Of a stretch of DNA of 64,000 nt, positions 23,501 through 36,315 are shown piece by piece. Numbering within the stretch: the first letter of the stretch is position 1; every line of letters begins with the position of its first letter. A program made the translations under genes and the position numbers. The notes under the pieces are model-generated. The model did no database searches. It was not told the DNA's origin and saw only the letters and a program-made list of their open reading frames with translations. Origin of the DNA: Macrostomum hystrix (lineage: Eukaryota > Animalia > Platyhelminthes); NCBI GenBank assembly GCA_950097015.1, contig CATNEN010000003.1:13392001-13456000 (forward strand), written 5' to 3'.

Positions 23501-26500
23501 GCTTGTCAGTTTGCTAGGCACTAACTGTCTATGCGGGGTTAGCGTTTAGCTAGGAATTGGTTGCTAGGGTGGGGGGCAGGACGGAGGTCCTAACCTTTTA
23601 AAGGTGTGCATCGGAAACTTTTCTAAACCCCCTTCTTGTACAAGCGTCGAATCGTCGAAAAAATCTAACGCAGGTTTTCGTGTTCGCAGCGTGTGCCTGA
23701 TTTCCAACCCCGACATTGGGTACGACCAAGTGAAAGAAAGAAAGAAGATAGTTACTAAAATGTTGCATAGCTTCTTGTCTGTCCCTTTCGCAACTGGGGA
23801 AATAATATCCTATGCTGTTGTGTTGGCCAGCTAGCCGGGCAATTTTCTAACCCTGCAAAATGTTCCTCGCGTCTTCTGTTGTTAGTAATAAAGTTTCATA
23901 TTTAGGGCTACGTGTCAATCTACATGTCTGGATCAGTCTTTTCACCCTCTCCTTCTCTCCCTCACTCTCTCACCCTCTCCCTCTCTCCCTCACTCTCTCA
24001 CCCTCTCCCTTTCTCCCTCACTCTCTCACCCTCTCCTTCTCTCCCTCACTCTCTCACCCTCTCCTTCTCTCCCTCACTCTCTCACCCTCTCCCTTTCTCC
24101 CTCACTCTCTCACCCTCTCCCTTTCTCCCTCACTCTCTCACCCTCTCCTTCTCTCCCTCACTCTCTCACCCTCTCCTTCTCTCCCTCACCCTCTCCTTCT
24201 CTCCCTCACTCTCTCACCCTCTCCTTCTCTCCCTCACTCTCTCACCCTCTCCCTTTCTCACTCACTCTCTCACCCTCTCCTTCTCTCCCTCACTCTCTCA
24301 CCCTCTCCTTCTCTCCCTCACTCTCTCACCCTCTCCTTCTCTCCCTCACTCTCTCACCCTCTCCTTCTCTCCGTCACTCTCTCACCCTCTCCTTCTCTCC
24401 CTCACCCTCTCCTTCTCTCCGTCACTCTCTCACCCTCTCCTTCTCTCCGTCACTCTCTCACCCTCTCCTTCTCTCCGTCACTCTCTCACCCTCTCCTTCT
24501 CTCCGTCACTCTCTCACCCTCTCCTTCTCTCCCTCACCCTCACCATCTCTCCCTCACCCTCTCCCTCTCTCCCTCTCTCTCTCACCCTCTCCTTCTTTCC
24601 CTCACCCTCTCTCTCCCTGATACTCACTAAATCTCACCCTTTCCTCATTCAGAATCAAACTAGCTTATTTACTTTTAAATTACACCCTTTTTCCACCTTT
24701 TTGATATCGACTGCTGTACTTTTACTCTCTAGCTCTCCCTTCGTCATTCTCTTGCCTCTTCTCTTACTCGCCTCTCAGTGCGTCCAAGATCTGTATTGTA
24801 TTGTAAAATATGGTTTAATCGTGACCTCGTTAACTCGCAGATCACGAACAAAAAACATCACTTGCCTCCCCAAAAAATTTCAGACAAATCGGCCTCCCAA
24901 AACAGTGCCCACGACCAGCCCATAGACAGGATGCTGCTTGATATGTCTCAAAGTGATTCCTGCCTTTTGTTAGGCCAACAGAAGTTGCCGCAGCACAGGC
25001 AGCAGGACGACTTCGCAGAATTAGTCAGAAAGCCGGACAGACAACGCGCCGAACAAAACGGACCGCCCAGCTTGGAGGAGGCCACGGCGGCTACTACGCC
25101 GACACCGCCGCCAACGGCCGCTTCGAATGACGGCGGATATTCGGCAGACGACAGCGAGTCAGGCGTCGGCGTAGCGGTCGGCGGCGCCTGTCACAGACTG
25201 TTGACAATGTCTCCGCCCGCTACTAGAGATCGCTACAGGCTGGTTGTTGAACTGGAGACTTCAGTTGCCGCGTCGGATTTAGAACTAAAGAAGAAGTCAA
25301 CAGGTTAGTACTAACTGAGATTCGAACTCTCGACCTCAGTCCTGTGTATCATTATCCCAAAGTGAAACAATGCAAACAGTGTCTCGCTGAATGATACAAT
25401 TTTTTTCAAGCGGTTAACGGCCAACCTCTAATGCACAGTGAGAGTGTACACTGCCTGACGATGAAAAATTCTGGGCAGATGTACACACCTGTGTGAGCGG
25501 GTCTAGTGCCACCAAATGATGTGCCATTGCCCGCAGCCCTCCTGCAATTATCATTAATTTTATTATTATCTGTCATCGAACCCTCGACCTCCAAGACGTG
25601 TGTCCAAGGCTCTAACTTAATTACTAATTAATTACACCTGCCCTAATTAATAAGAGACAAATTGTTCCAGTGGAGTCAGGAATCGAACCCCCGACCTTAA
25701 ACTACCAGGCTACAACCCCCCGCCTGAGTCTGTAAGAAGTGATTATGAAAGGAAGGATTCTGACTATAATACGGTGCTATTAAATAGTTTTTTTTCTTCC
25801 TACTCAGGTGTTACCATAGCAACGGGTAGTTCAGCACGCTCGACAAACGCGACCGAGGCGGCTACGCCGGCATCGTCAAGAACAACCACCTGGCGAAGGT
25901 TAAAATCTAGCGCCGGTAATAGGCTAGCATCCTGGAGGGCTCTGAACGAAATTGCCACCCGACCCAATCCTTTAATGGCCACCTCGCTGCGATTTGACAT
26001 CGGCGACAACATTGAATCTGACGAACAACAGAAGCCTTGGTCTGAGCGAGCCCAGTACTCTGGCACACTGCTCGAACTATTTCAAAGATCTCGACGTCAG
26101 AGTACTGGCTCCTCCGGCTCCCTTCTGTCTGTTGCTGCCGCCGCAGCCGCCGCCGCCGCCGCCGTAAATACGTCCTCATCCGCTTCGTCGACACCAGCAA
26201 TGTCGCATCGGCACAATGTAGCCTGCCAATTCCCAGCGCCAGCCGCGCCACCACAGTCCAAATCTTGCAGAACCAATCAGAATCATCAGAAGAGTCAACG
26301 AATCGGCGGCCCGCTACCGCGCGGCTTAGCCTTCCTTCGCGATCCGTTGCCGCCTCCGCAGCCAGGCGATACAAGCGACTCGGGCATTGACACGCCCGGA
26401 GCTGTCGGAAAAACCGCCGCTCATTCCACCTTGGTCTGCAGGAACTGCGGCTGCCGCCAGCAGCAGCAGCAGCAGCAGCAGCGTTCTTTGAAATCCTGCC

Positions 26501-29113
26501 TGCTGCCTGTAGTGGGTCCCATTGACGATGCTGTCAATCAGGACGCCGACATTGATTCTATAACAACATCGTCTTCGTCGTCTTGCTCCGTTGTGGATGT
26601 CGAAACTGCCACCGCCGCTGCCGCCGCCGCCGCTGCTGCCGCATCTGAATTCGAAGGATTTCGTGCCAAGAAGTCCGTATCGTTTTGTGACCGACCTCCG
26701 TCGGCTCCAGCCTCGGCGCCTACTGGTCGACGATCGCGGAAGTCGTCAGCTGCCGGATTGGGCTCCCCCGCAGCCGCCGGTGCCGCCAGAGCTCGAATTC
26801 AAAGGCCGCTCAGTTTGCAATTGAACGATTTGACAACGAATGTTATACCGAAACAGGTTTGTAGCATTAATATCAGAAATTTAGTGTGGTTTTCTAAGGG
26901 ATCTTGCAGCCTAGTGAATAGAGCTTAGGACTACTCTGACTGAGAGGTCGGATGTTCGAATCTAACCCCAAGGGAAGCAATTTATGACCTTGAGCATGTG
27001 GCCTAATTAATATCTAATGACACGCCATTTAACCAAGCTGTAAAATGTCTTCCTGCATGCGCTGATTAGAATTCTTATCTGTCTAGCCTATATGTATAGA
27101 AAAAGCCAAAACTACTGACAAACAGGTGGGCCTCTACGGCGGCGACAGCGACAGTCCGCCGCTGCTATTCCACGGCTCACCGCCGGAGTCCCCAAGGGCC
27201 GTTGGCGAAAAATCGCATCGTCAGCGCCTTCAGACTCTTGTTAGCGACGCCATTCGCGGAGTCAACGATCTTCTACTTGCAGTAGCATCGGGCACCGATT
27301 CTCAATCAGCCGCCGCTCGTCGCCTGTGTCCGCCTCTGCACGGCTTATTATCCGACGAATTGTTGGCAGCTTCGGCAACGTCGGGTAATGCTAGTGGAGC
27401 TTCCGGTTCGTCAACTGCCGGAGTGTCCTCTCCGGTTGGACCTGTGGTGCCCGCTGTTACGGCAAGCAGTCGACTAGCATTTGGCGTGGTCAAAAACCGA
27501 TCACACCTGTGGCAGATGATTGAAGAATCCTGCAAGCCTGGTTTGTTTTCAATTGTGTTGCCTATATGTTGCGAAAACTATCATTTTATAAGCAGTGGTA
27601 GAAATCGTTGGAAATCATTTAACAAATGATTTGTAAATCGTTAATTAAAATAATATCGATCTTATTTTATTAACTTCTTTATTGCTAGTTAGAAAGTAAA
27701 GCTCTAAATTTTTGTTATAAAAGTAAAATACACTATTAAAAAACATTCTTCTTTACAGGCCCTTACAACACGTTGTTTAGCGAAGCGCTTCGCTCAGTTC
27801 GCAGCGTCAGCGGCCTATCGCTTGAGCGTCTGAAGTTTAACGCTTTCGTCATGGCCTGTCTGAAGTGAGCCATATTTTTATCGATTTTTTCTAGCCAGAT
27901 TTCCTACCCCTCCTAACAGTGTACGTCTATGTACATGCAAACCTCCTCTCTCGTCTAGCTAAATTTCTTTCTCTAGGCTAGTCTAATTTCCTATCCTTGT
28001 CCAGAGTGTACATCTAGACCTCTTCAGTCGCTCACTTTCTTTCCCTAGGCTAGCCTGATTTCATTCGCCTGCGTAGCGTACATTCAAACCCCCAATCTCA
28101 CCCTCTATCTCGCTCAATTTATTTTTCTAGGCTAGCCTGATTTCCTACCCCTGCCCACAGTGTACATTAAACTCCCCGCAATCTCGCTCAATTTCTTTCC
28201 CTAGGCTAGCCTGATTTCCTACCCCTGCCCACAGTGTACATTTAAACTCCCCGCAATCTCGCTCAATTTCTTTTTTTAGGCTAGCCTGATTTCCTACCTC
28301 TGTCCACAGTGTACATTAAACCCCTCCGCAATCTCGCTCAATTTCTTTCCCTAGGCTAGCCTGACTTCATACCCCTTTCCCCACAATGTACATTTAAATA
28401 GCACAGTTTTCTTAACCCAGAAAGCACCGCAGCTAATCAATTCGCACCTCCCTCCCTGTTACGTCAGCACGCGCATCCTTCTCAGCTGGCTAGTTGAAGT
28501 GGCTCGCAACGAGGCCCTTCTAAAGCGCTATTATAGACAGACGGCATTTATGCGCGGTTGTCACAATCGCTACTGCGAATTATTCGCCGATTTAACAACA
28601 GCACTCGAGCTACTACTGTCGCAGGGATTCAATTTCGATTTGACATCGCCCGGTGGTGAGACAACAGCGTCTGGCGCAGGCGCAGGCGCCGCCTCCTCTA
28701 ACGCTTCACCGCAGCAGCAGCAGCAGCCGCCGCCAGTTGTGCCTACCAGACGATTGATATCCGCCGCGCCAACCTCCCAGCAGGCGTTGAAGGTCACTCG
28801 AGTGGCCGGTCTAAGACCGACACCTGCGACGCCAAACCCGAATACTCCGCAGACAACGCCAAGATCAACGCCTGGCAGCTCGACCGCAATCGCTGCTGCC
28901 AGCGTTGCGACGCCTTCGCCACCGCCAACAGCCAAGTCGACTAGAACTCGTGGAATTCGTTCCACCTTGTCTGGCCTGATGCGCAGAAATGGCAGCCACA
29001 ATGTCGCGACTGTTGGCAATCCGGCAACGATGAATTCTAACTCCAGCGCGGTTGGACAATCTAGATTGGTTAAGACTGCGACTAGCTCCGATGGTAGACG
29101 AAAGGCCACTTGA
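20575..29113 (+). CDS. RUN-domain protein, RUSC1/2 (iporin)-like, no SH3 domain; exons 20575(or 20518)-20863, 24779-25303, 25808-26856, 27126-27540, 27759-27864, 28468-29113
   Basis: All junctions are GT-AG and phase-consistent. RUN domain LCPPLHGLLSD...LWQMIEESCKPGP...KFNAFVMACLNTRILLSWL...LLKRYY...AFM...LFADLTTALELL...FNFDL resembles the RUSC2 RUN domain. Long low-complexity N- and C-terminal regions. Confidence 0.82.
20930..22905. repeat. ~32-bp minisatellite (ggggtcagtgacctctgtagtgtattttattg) with higher-order structure, RUN-gene intron 1
   Basis: About 60 units; variant units (gacccctttagtgtg, gaaatttaatt) recur periodically. Confidence 0.97.
23940..24620. repeat. CT-rich minisatellite (ctctcaccctctccttctctccctca)
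   Basis: Pyrimidine-rich tandem array; the ORFs spanning it are repeat artefacts. Confidence 0.95.
25415..25550 (+). mobile_element. SINE family A, internally deleted
   Basis: gtgtacactgcctgacgatg...cacctgtgtgagcg|ggtctagtgccacc...cccgcagccctcctgcaatta. Confidence 0.8.
25655..25700 (-). mobile_element. SINE family B head fragment
   Basis: ggtcgggggttcgattcctgactccactggaa is identical to the head at about 62560. Confidence 0.7.
26898..27050 (+). mobile_element. Degenerate tRNA/CORE-like SINE
   Basis: gcagcctagtgaatagagc...gttcgaatc...gaccttgagca...gctgtaaaatg. Confidence 0.5.
27890..28400. repeat. ~70-bp minisatellite filling RUN-gene intron 5
   Basis: Unit ctcgctcaatttctttccctaggctagcctgatttcctacccctgcccacagtgtacatt..., about 7 copies. 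Confidence 0.92.
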
Positions 29114-29319
29114 ATTTCATTGCATATACATATATGTATGTATAACATATATCTATACGAGTTTTATTGAAGATCTATTTTTGATGTTCATTGATTTCAT
29201 AAGATTTATGTTGGTTTTTTCTCTGCATAGTATCAAAAATATGTATTTCAAGGGTTTTGAAATAAAAATTTTTATTACATTTCCGTAGAAAATATCCTAA
29301 AAAGGCAATAAAACAGAGA

Positions 29320-29600
29320 TTTCCCAGTGAGTTTCCATAAAATTTCCAACGTAATCCCCAATAAGATTTCCCTGGGAATTCCCCAATAGATTTCCGAGGG
29401 AATTCCCAAATAGATTTCCGAAGGAATTCCCAAATATATTTCCGAGGGAATTCCCAATTAGATTTACCTGGGAATTCCCAATTAGATTTCCCAGGGAATT
29501 CCCAGTTATATTTTCCAGAGAACTCCTAACTATATTTCTCAGGGAATTCCTAATTAAAGTTTCCAGAGAATTCCTAATTCGTTTTCATCAGGAAATCCCC
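29320..29600. repeat. ~24-bp degenerate repeat containing GGGAATTCCC
   Basis: gggaattcccaa(t)agatttcc units downstream of the RUN-gene stop codon. Confidence 0.8.
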
Positions 29601-30319
29601 ATTAGGATTTATAAAAATAATTCCCAATGGAATTTTTTTATTATGACTTTTGTCGAGATTCCCGACAGAATTCCTAAACAGATTTCACAATAGAAATTCC
29701 CAATGACATAACGAAAAAGGAAAAAGAGTTAATAGTTATCAAAAGTATTTTAGACTAATCGAATAACTGTTTCGCATATTATCGCATTTTTGCATTACGA
29801 ATTTCAGTCTCCTGCAATACTATTCCTATAGTACTTGTAGTAGTGTTGCTCATTTGCTGAATTATTTATATCTGCTGATAGCACTACTGAGATAGGTGCT
29901 GAAAACTTGATGTTCAAAACTGTTGATTAATAAAATAAAAAGTCATTTTTTTGTCTGATCAAGCCACTTTGTTTTATTTAGCTTGCGATTGGCCTATGTT
30001 TTCGACTAGTCATTTATTATTGCCTCACTGTTTAATTACGTAGCGCGCGCTGTCTGCTTATTATTATTATAGTCACTTTGTTACCGCTGCTTACGGATAT
30101 TATTCATACGTATTTAATTAGATGATATTTTTTGTCTTTCTATGTTTCATTGTTCATTTTGCTTTGCTACCACTGCTTCATGCGAACACGAGGTTTATGT
30201 TTATGGCCTAACTAGATTGTTATATTTTGGTTTCGTTCGTTTGTTTACAACCGCATCATGCAAGTAGTTCACTGATTGCATCCGTGACCTCTCAGTCTCT
30301 TTAAGCACCTTGTCTCCCC

Positions 30320-30870
30320 CATATCATCTCCCACCTGTCTCATCTCCCTCCTGTCTCATCTCTCCCGTCTCATCTCTCCCCTGTCTCATCTCTCCCCTGT
30401 CTCATCTCTCTCCTGTCTCATCTCTCCCCTGTCTCATCTCTCTCCTGTCTCATCTCTCCCCTGTCTCATCTCTCCCCTGTCTCATCTTTCCCCTGTCTCA
30501 TCTCTCCCCTGTCTCATCTCTCTCCTGTCTCATCTCTTCCCTGTCTCATCTCTCCCCTGTCTCATCTCTCTCTCTCCTGTCTCATCTCTCCCCTGTTTCA
30601 TCTCTCTCCTGTCTCATCTCTCCCCTGTTTCATCTCTCTCCTGTCTCATCTCTCCCCTGTTTCATCTCTCTCCTGTCTCATCTCTCCCTGTCTCATCTCT
30701 CCCCTGTTTCATCTCTCTCCTGTCTCATCTCTCCCCTGTTTTATCTCTCCCCTGTCTCATCTTTCCCCTGTCTCATCTCTTCCCTGTCTCATCTCTCCCC
30801 TGTCTCATCTCTCCCCTGTCTCATCTCTCCCCTGTCTCATCTCTCGTCTGTCTCATCTCTCGTCTGTCAA
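30320..30870. repeat. (tgtctcatctctcccc)n simple repeat family
   Basis: Same family as 47000-47900 and 54170-54870. Confidence 0.95.
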
Positions 30871-32190
30871 TCCGGCACGCTGTTGTCTCGTCGCTCCGGT
30901 TTCGTCTCTTTGTCCCGCTTGGCATAAAAGTTTGCCGATCGCTATTGTATTGAAGTGTAATTAAGCAGTTTTGCTTATCGATATGCAAAAGTTTTGGGTC
31001 ATTTATTAGCTTCGCAATGCCTGTATTCCTTTGTCATGCTAAATCAATCGATCACTTATTTGTTTTAGCTTTTTCGCTTCCATGAAATCATTGAGCTTTC
31101 AATAAAACTGCTTGTTCTTTTATCTATATTATTTAGTAATTTTTTCTCCTCACGAAATGATATTTTTAATAAATTGGACATGAATTTTTATGTCGAATTT
31201 ATCTACATAAAGCAATCTTCTATGTTACTCTCTATGTCTCTCTAGCATTGTGACATTGAGTCATTGTGACACGGTATTAAAAAATGTGTTTTTCCCCAGG
31301 TCTTTCCAAATCTAAACTTCATTAATAGTTCCCAGTCTTAGCAAGTAGTGTAAGAGAAAATGCTTTGCGTTATTTATTATCCAAGTCTAATTTAGGAAAA
31401 TGTATCTTTAAACAGTAGTTTTCAATTCCTAGTCAAACCTAGCATCAATTAAGTAATTGTTCCCCAACTTCTGAACAAGGCATATTAGATTTCATTGGCT
31501 TTTTGGTGAAAATTTCCAATTTCCTTTCCGTTTGACTGTATATTTTAATGCTTAAATCAGGTTTGCTAGTACTTGTCATTAAAGTTGCTTTCGACACCCT
31601 GAGAGGAGACAACATACAAATTAATAAAGTCAGTATTACTCTCGTTCTACACACGCTGTGTGCAGTCAGTTGCACTTATTATTATTATATGCCATGCTGG
31701 GCAAGTTGCTGCTAACAAATTGCTTATCAATAAAGCTTTTACTGTCTTCTTCTGTCTTTGTAAACCTAGAATTTAGTTGATTTCAATTAAGCCACATCTA
31801 CACGTGTAAGTTGGTGTCGAGTCAAGGTCATAAGTTCGATTCCGCGGCGTCTTAGGTCTGCAACACACATAAAAATATATTTAGCTTTTGTAATGATCTA
31901 AAAGCGATGGTTGGCTTATATAATAGCAGACAAATTGCATAATTCCAAAGTCGAAATCTAAATGACAAAAAATGTAAACTGTATAGACAGAAAGCAAACA
32001 AAATTGCTGTGCAGAAACAGTGAACACGTTGGTAAAAAAAGCTATTGCAAGCACTAACTTAGATCATGCTACTTGTAGTAGGGTAATCTTGCGAAAATAC
32101 TATATTACAGGCAAAATGAGGTCGAGTAACACTTAAGGGGGTAGAATTGATATAAATATGATAAAAGTGCATTGACAACGATTATAAAAA

Positions 32191-32318
32191 CTGCCTGACG
32201 ATGAGGGACAGATTTACACACCTGTGTGTGCGTGTGTGCTCAGGAGTCAGCGGGAAGGGCAGAATTGCCTCCTCGCTGGCTGCGGGTCTAGTGTCACCAA
32301 ATAATGCGTCATTGGCCC
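32191..32318 (+). mobile_element. SINE family A, 3' fragment
   Basis: ctgcctgacgatgag...gcctcctcgctggctgcgggtctagtgtcacc. Confidence 0.8.
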
Positions 32319-32375
32319 ATACAAAAAGTTCAATTAAAAGACTAATAATGTCAATTAGAAGCCGAGTATTCTCTA

Positions 32376-33545
32376 TTACAAAGAGGTCAGCAATTTCGGA
32401 TCTTCAATCATAGATTTTATCTTCTCTATCAGTTGGCCCTGAATGAGGTCGGTCAAGCGTTGACGCTCCTCGGTAGCCAATCGCCTAGCTAATCGCTTCA
32501 GTTTTCTCGCTGATGTTCTGTTGCCTTCACAGCTGATTTGCGGCTTGTGAAACAACGGCTGCTCGACTAGGCCCGATTGGTCCGTCAGCAGAGCGATTCT
32601 CTTATCGGCGAAGTCGCCTTCGAGGCTCAGACGCAGACGGATTTGGTCACAGGCGACGATAATGGTTGCTGGAGGCAGGGAGACGCAACCGTAGTCCAGG
32701 TGTGACTCGGCATCAAATCTGGCCTCTAGAGGACCGGCGCTGAAATCGAAGGTGGCAGTGAAGCTGCTCCCGTCGACGACTACCTGGAGTGATCGAGATG
32801 GATTTTCCTTTTTAGTTTTTTAGATCTTTAAGAAACGGGAAATAGGCAAATATATATATTAGAAAGGAGCATCGATTTACTAAATACTAAAATCCCCAAA
32901 CTTAACGATCCCTAAACTTCACAATCCCCAAACTTCACGATCCCCAAACTTCACGAACCCCAAACTTCACGATCCCCAAACTACACGATCCCGCAGCTTC
33001 ACAAACCCCAAACTTCAAGATCCCCAAGCTTCACAATCCCCAAACTTCACGAACCCCAAACTTCACGAACCCCAAGCTTCAATATCCCCAAGCTTCAATA
33101 TCCCCAAGCTTCAAGATCCCCAAGCTTCAGGATCCCCAAGATTCACGATCCATAAACTCTGGTCATAAAGGACTAGCTTTGTTAATAGCTCGTAAATAGA
33201 AAATTATGACTGTGAATTTCAAAAAACAATGAGCAAACAATGAACCTTGATGTCGTCTCGCGCGCAGGCCATGCTAGCTAGACCCTTAGCCTGGCTGTCA
33301 TTCAACAGCGCTTCAGCTTTCAATTCGCAGCACTTCGACGGTAAAATGCAGCAGCCAAAAATTGGTACAGAAAAATCGACCGAACGTCCCGAAGGACCAT
33401 TGAATGGGTCTAGATCGGCGTTGCGAATCTGCTCATTCAGTCGAGTAACGAGGCGTTGAGCCAGCGAAGTCACTCGGTCCTGGGTCAGCTGGCCAGCCAT
33501 CTGGCCCGCTGCCTTGTTGGCAGCCTGCTTTGCCGCCTCCTTCAT
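32376..33545 (-). CDS. 235-aa protein, putative TULIP (Der p 7/group-7 allergen or BPI-like) lipid-binding fold; exons 33545-33246 and 32783-32376
   Basis: Strong Kozak context gccgccATG and a phase-0 intron AAG|gt...cag|GTA. Pattern IRNADLDPF...AEALLNDSQAKGLASM..RDDIKV...FTATFDFSAGPLEARF followed by a long C-terminal amphipathic helix resembles the group-7 allergen/TULIP pattern (fold call is inference). Confidence 0.7.
32890..33150. repeat. ~17-bp minisatellite (ccccaaacttcacgat) in the TULIP-like gene intron
   Basis: Tandem units. Confidence 0.9.
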
Positions 33546-33624
33546 GGCGGCGAAGTTGCTCAACTGGTTCTGCGGGATTTTATGCTGGGAATTGTGCAAT
33601 CTGTTTGATGATTAATAAACATAA

Positions 33625-35610
33625 TAGAGTGAAATGACAGATAATCCGTTTGGATAGATAGAAATGACAGATAATTCTTCAGGATAGATTGACATGATAG
33701 ATAATACATTTGGATAGATAGAAATGAAGGATAATCCGTTTGAATAGAGACTCGTAGAAATGATAGATTATCCTGCAGGATAGATAGAAATGACAGATAA
33801 TCCATTTGGTTAGATAGAAATGACAGATAATCCGTTTGGATAGATAGAAATGACAGATAATCCGTTTGGTTAGATAGAAATGACAGATAATCCGTTTGGA
33901 TAGATAGAAATGACAGATAATCCGTTTGGATAGATAGAAATGACAGATAATCCGTTTGGATAGATAGAAATGACAGATAATCCGTTTGGATAGATAGAAA
34001 TGACAGATAATCCGTTTGGTTAGATAGAAATGACAGATAATCCGTTTGGATAGATAGAAATGACAGATAATCCATTTGGTTAGATAGAAATGACAGATAA
34101 TCCGTTTGGATAGATAGAAATGACAGATAATCCGTTTAGTTAGATAGAAATGACAGATAATCCGTTTGGATAGATAGAAATGTAGGATAATCCATCGGGA
34201 TAGATAGAAATGTAGGATAATCCATCAGGATAGATAGAAATGTAGGATAATCCATCAGGATAGATAGAAATGTAGGACAATCCATTAGGATAGATAGAAA
34301 TGTAGGATAATCCATCAGGATAGATAGAAATGTAGGATAATCCATCAGGATAGATAGAAATGTAGGATAATCCATCAGGATAGATAGAAATGTAGGATAA
34401 TCCATCAGGATAGATAGAAATGTAGGATAATCCATCAGGATAGATAGAAATGTAGGATAATCCATCAGGATAGATAGAAATGTAGGATAATCCATCAGGA
34501 TAGATAGAAATGTAGGATAATCCATCAGGATAGATAGAAATGTAGGATAATCCATCAGGATAGATAGAAATGTAGGATAATCCATCAGGATAGATAGAAA
34601 TGTAGGATAATCCATCAGGATAGATAGAAATGTAGGATAATCCATCAGGATAGATAGAAATGTAGGATAATCCATCAGGATAGATAGAAATGTAGGATAA
34701 TCCATCAGGATAGATAGAAATGTAGGATAATCCATCAGGATAGATAGAAATGTAGGATAATCCATCAGGATAGATAGAAATGTAGGATAATCCATCAGGA
34801 TAGATAGAAATGTAGGATAATCCATCAGGATAGATAGAAATGTAGGACAATCCATTAGGATAGATAGAAATGTAGGATAATCCATCAGGATAGATAGAAA
34901 TGTAGGATAATCCATCAGGATAGATAGAAATGTAGGATAATCCATCAGGATAGATAGAAATGTAGGATAATCCATCAGGATAGATAGAAATGTAGGATAA
35001 TCCATCAGGATAGATAGAAATGTAGGATAATCCATCAGGATAGATAGAAATGTAGGATAATCCATCAGGATAGATAGAAATGTAGGATAATCCATCAGGA
35101 TAGATAGAAATGTAGGATAATCCATCAGGATAGATAGAAATGTAGGATAATCCATCAGGATAGATAGAAATGTAGGATAATCCATCAGGATAGATAGAAA
35201 TGTAGGATAATCCATCAGGATAGATAGAAATGTAGGATAATCCATCAGGATAGATAGAAATGTAGGATAATCCATCAGGATAGATAGAAATGTAGGATAA
35301 TCCATCAGGATAGATAGAAATGTAGGATAATCCATCAGGATAGATAGAAATGTAGGATAATCCATCAGGATAGATAGAAATGTAGGATAATCCATCAGGA
35401 TAGATAGAAATGTAGGATAATCCATCAGGATAGATAGAAATGTAGGATAATCCATCAGGATAGATAGAAATGTAGGATAATCCATCAGGATAGATAGAAA
35501 TGTAGGATAATCCATCAGGATAGATAGAAATGTAGGATAATCCATCAGGATAGATAGAAATGTAGGATAATCCATCAGGATAGATAGAAATGTAGGATAA
35601 TCCATTAGGA
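33625..35610. repeat. 30-bp minisatellite with two variant blocks, probably in a 5'UTR intron of the TULIP-like gene
   Basis: tagatagaaatgacagataatccgtttgga block, then tagatagaaatgtaggataatccatcagga block. Minus-strand donor TTG|gtaagc at about 35684 and acceptor aaacag at about 33601. Confidence 0.97.
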
Positions 35611-36067
35611 ACGAGGTAAATAAAGGATCATATCGCGTAATATTTGCTAAATGATTCCAGTTTTATAAGAAATGTTTTGCTTACCAATTTATCCATAACA
35701 ACAGGACTGAATTCGATCGAAATAAATGCTTTCAATATAAGATAACGGCGTCCCAATTGCAAAAAAATGGTTCAGCTTTAATGTGCCATTTCGAAAGTTT
35801 GGGTATTCGAGTTAAACATCTTCTGGACCTTGATCCTTGTACAGTGGGGGGGGATTCTACAGCACTGTACTAAACCGCTCCCACCCGGCATAGTTCGCTT
35901 ATTCCCTCTCTCTGCCGACGCTGGCTACACAAAGTTGCGGCACACTCGCGTGCCATCCCCCGACCAAAGTTTTGTCTGTCTTTTTCTGCGACTAATCAAT
36001 ACATAGCCAGGTTTGGCTAGATACGTATAAAAGAAAAGTTAGACAGAAATCTACAATGTGCATTCTA

Positions 36068-36315
36068 GAGGGTGAGTGGCGGAGCTGTCTAACGCGTTTG
36101 GCTCTTGCACCGAGGCCCCTGAGCTCGATTCCGCGACGAGGCCACATTCGTTCGGGGCGCAGCCTGACGATGAGAAATTCAGGGCAGATGTACACACCTG
36201 TGTGTGTGCGCCTTCGTACAGTATCTGTGTGCGTGTGTGCGCAGAATTGCCTCATCATTGCCTCATAGTGTCACCAAATGATGCGCCATTGCCCGCAGCC
36301 ATCCTATAATTATTA
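36068..36315 (+). mobile_element. SINE family A, internally deleted
   Basis: tRNA-like head gagtggcggagc...gagctcgattcc, body and (TAT) tail. Confidence 0.85.

Noticed and set aside
29320-29600. Clustered NF-kB sites (GGGAATTCCC)
   Set aside because: Part of a degenerate tandem repeat in a 3' flank; nothing beyond the motif match supports regulation.
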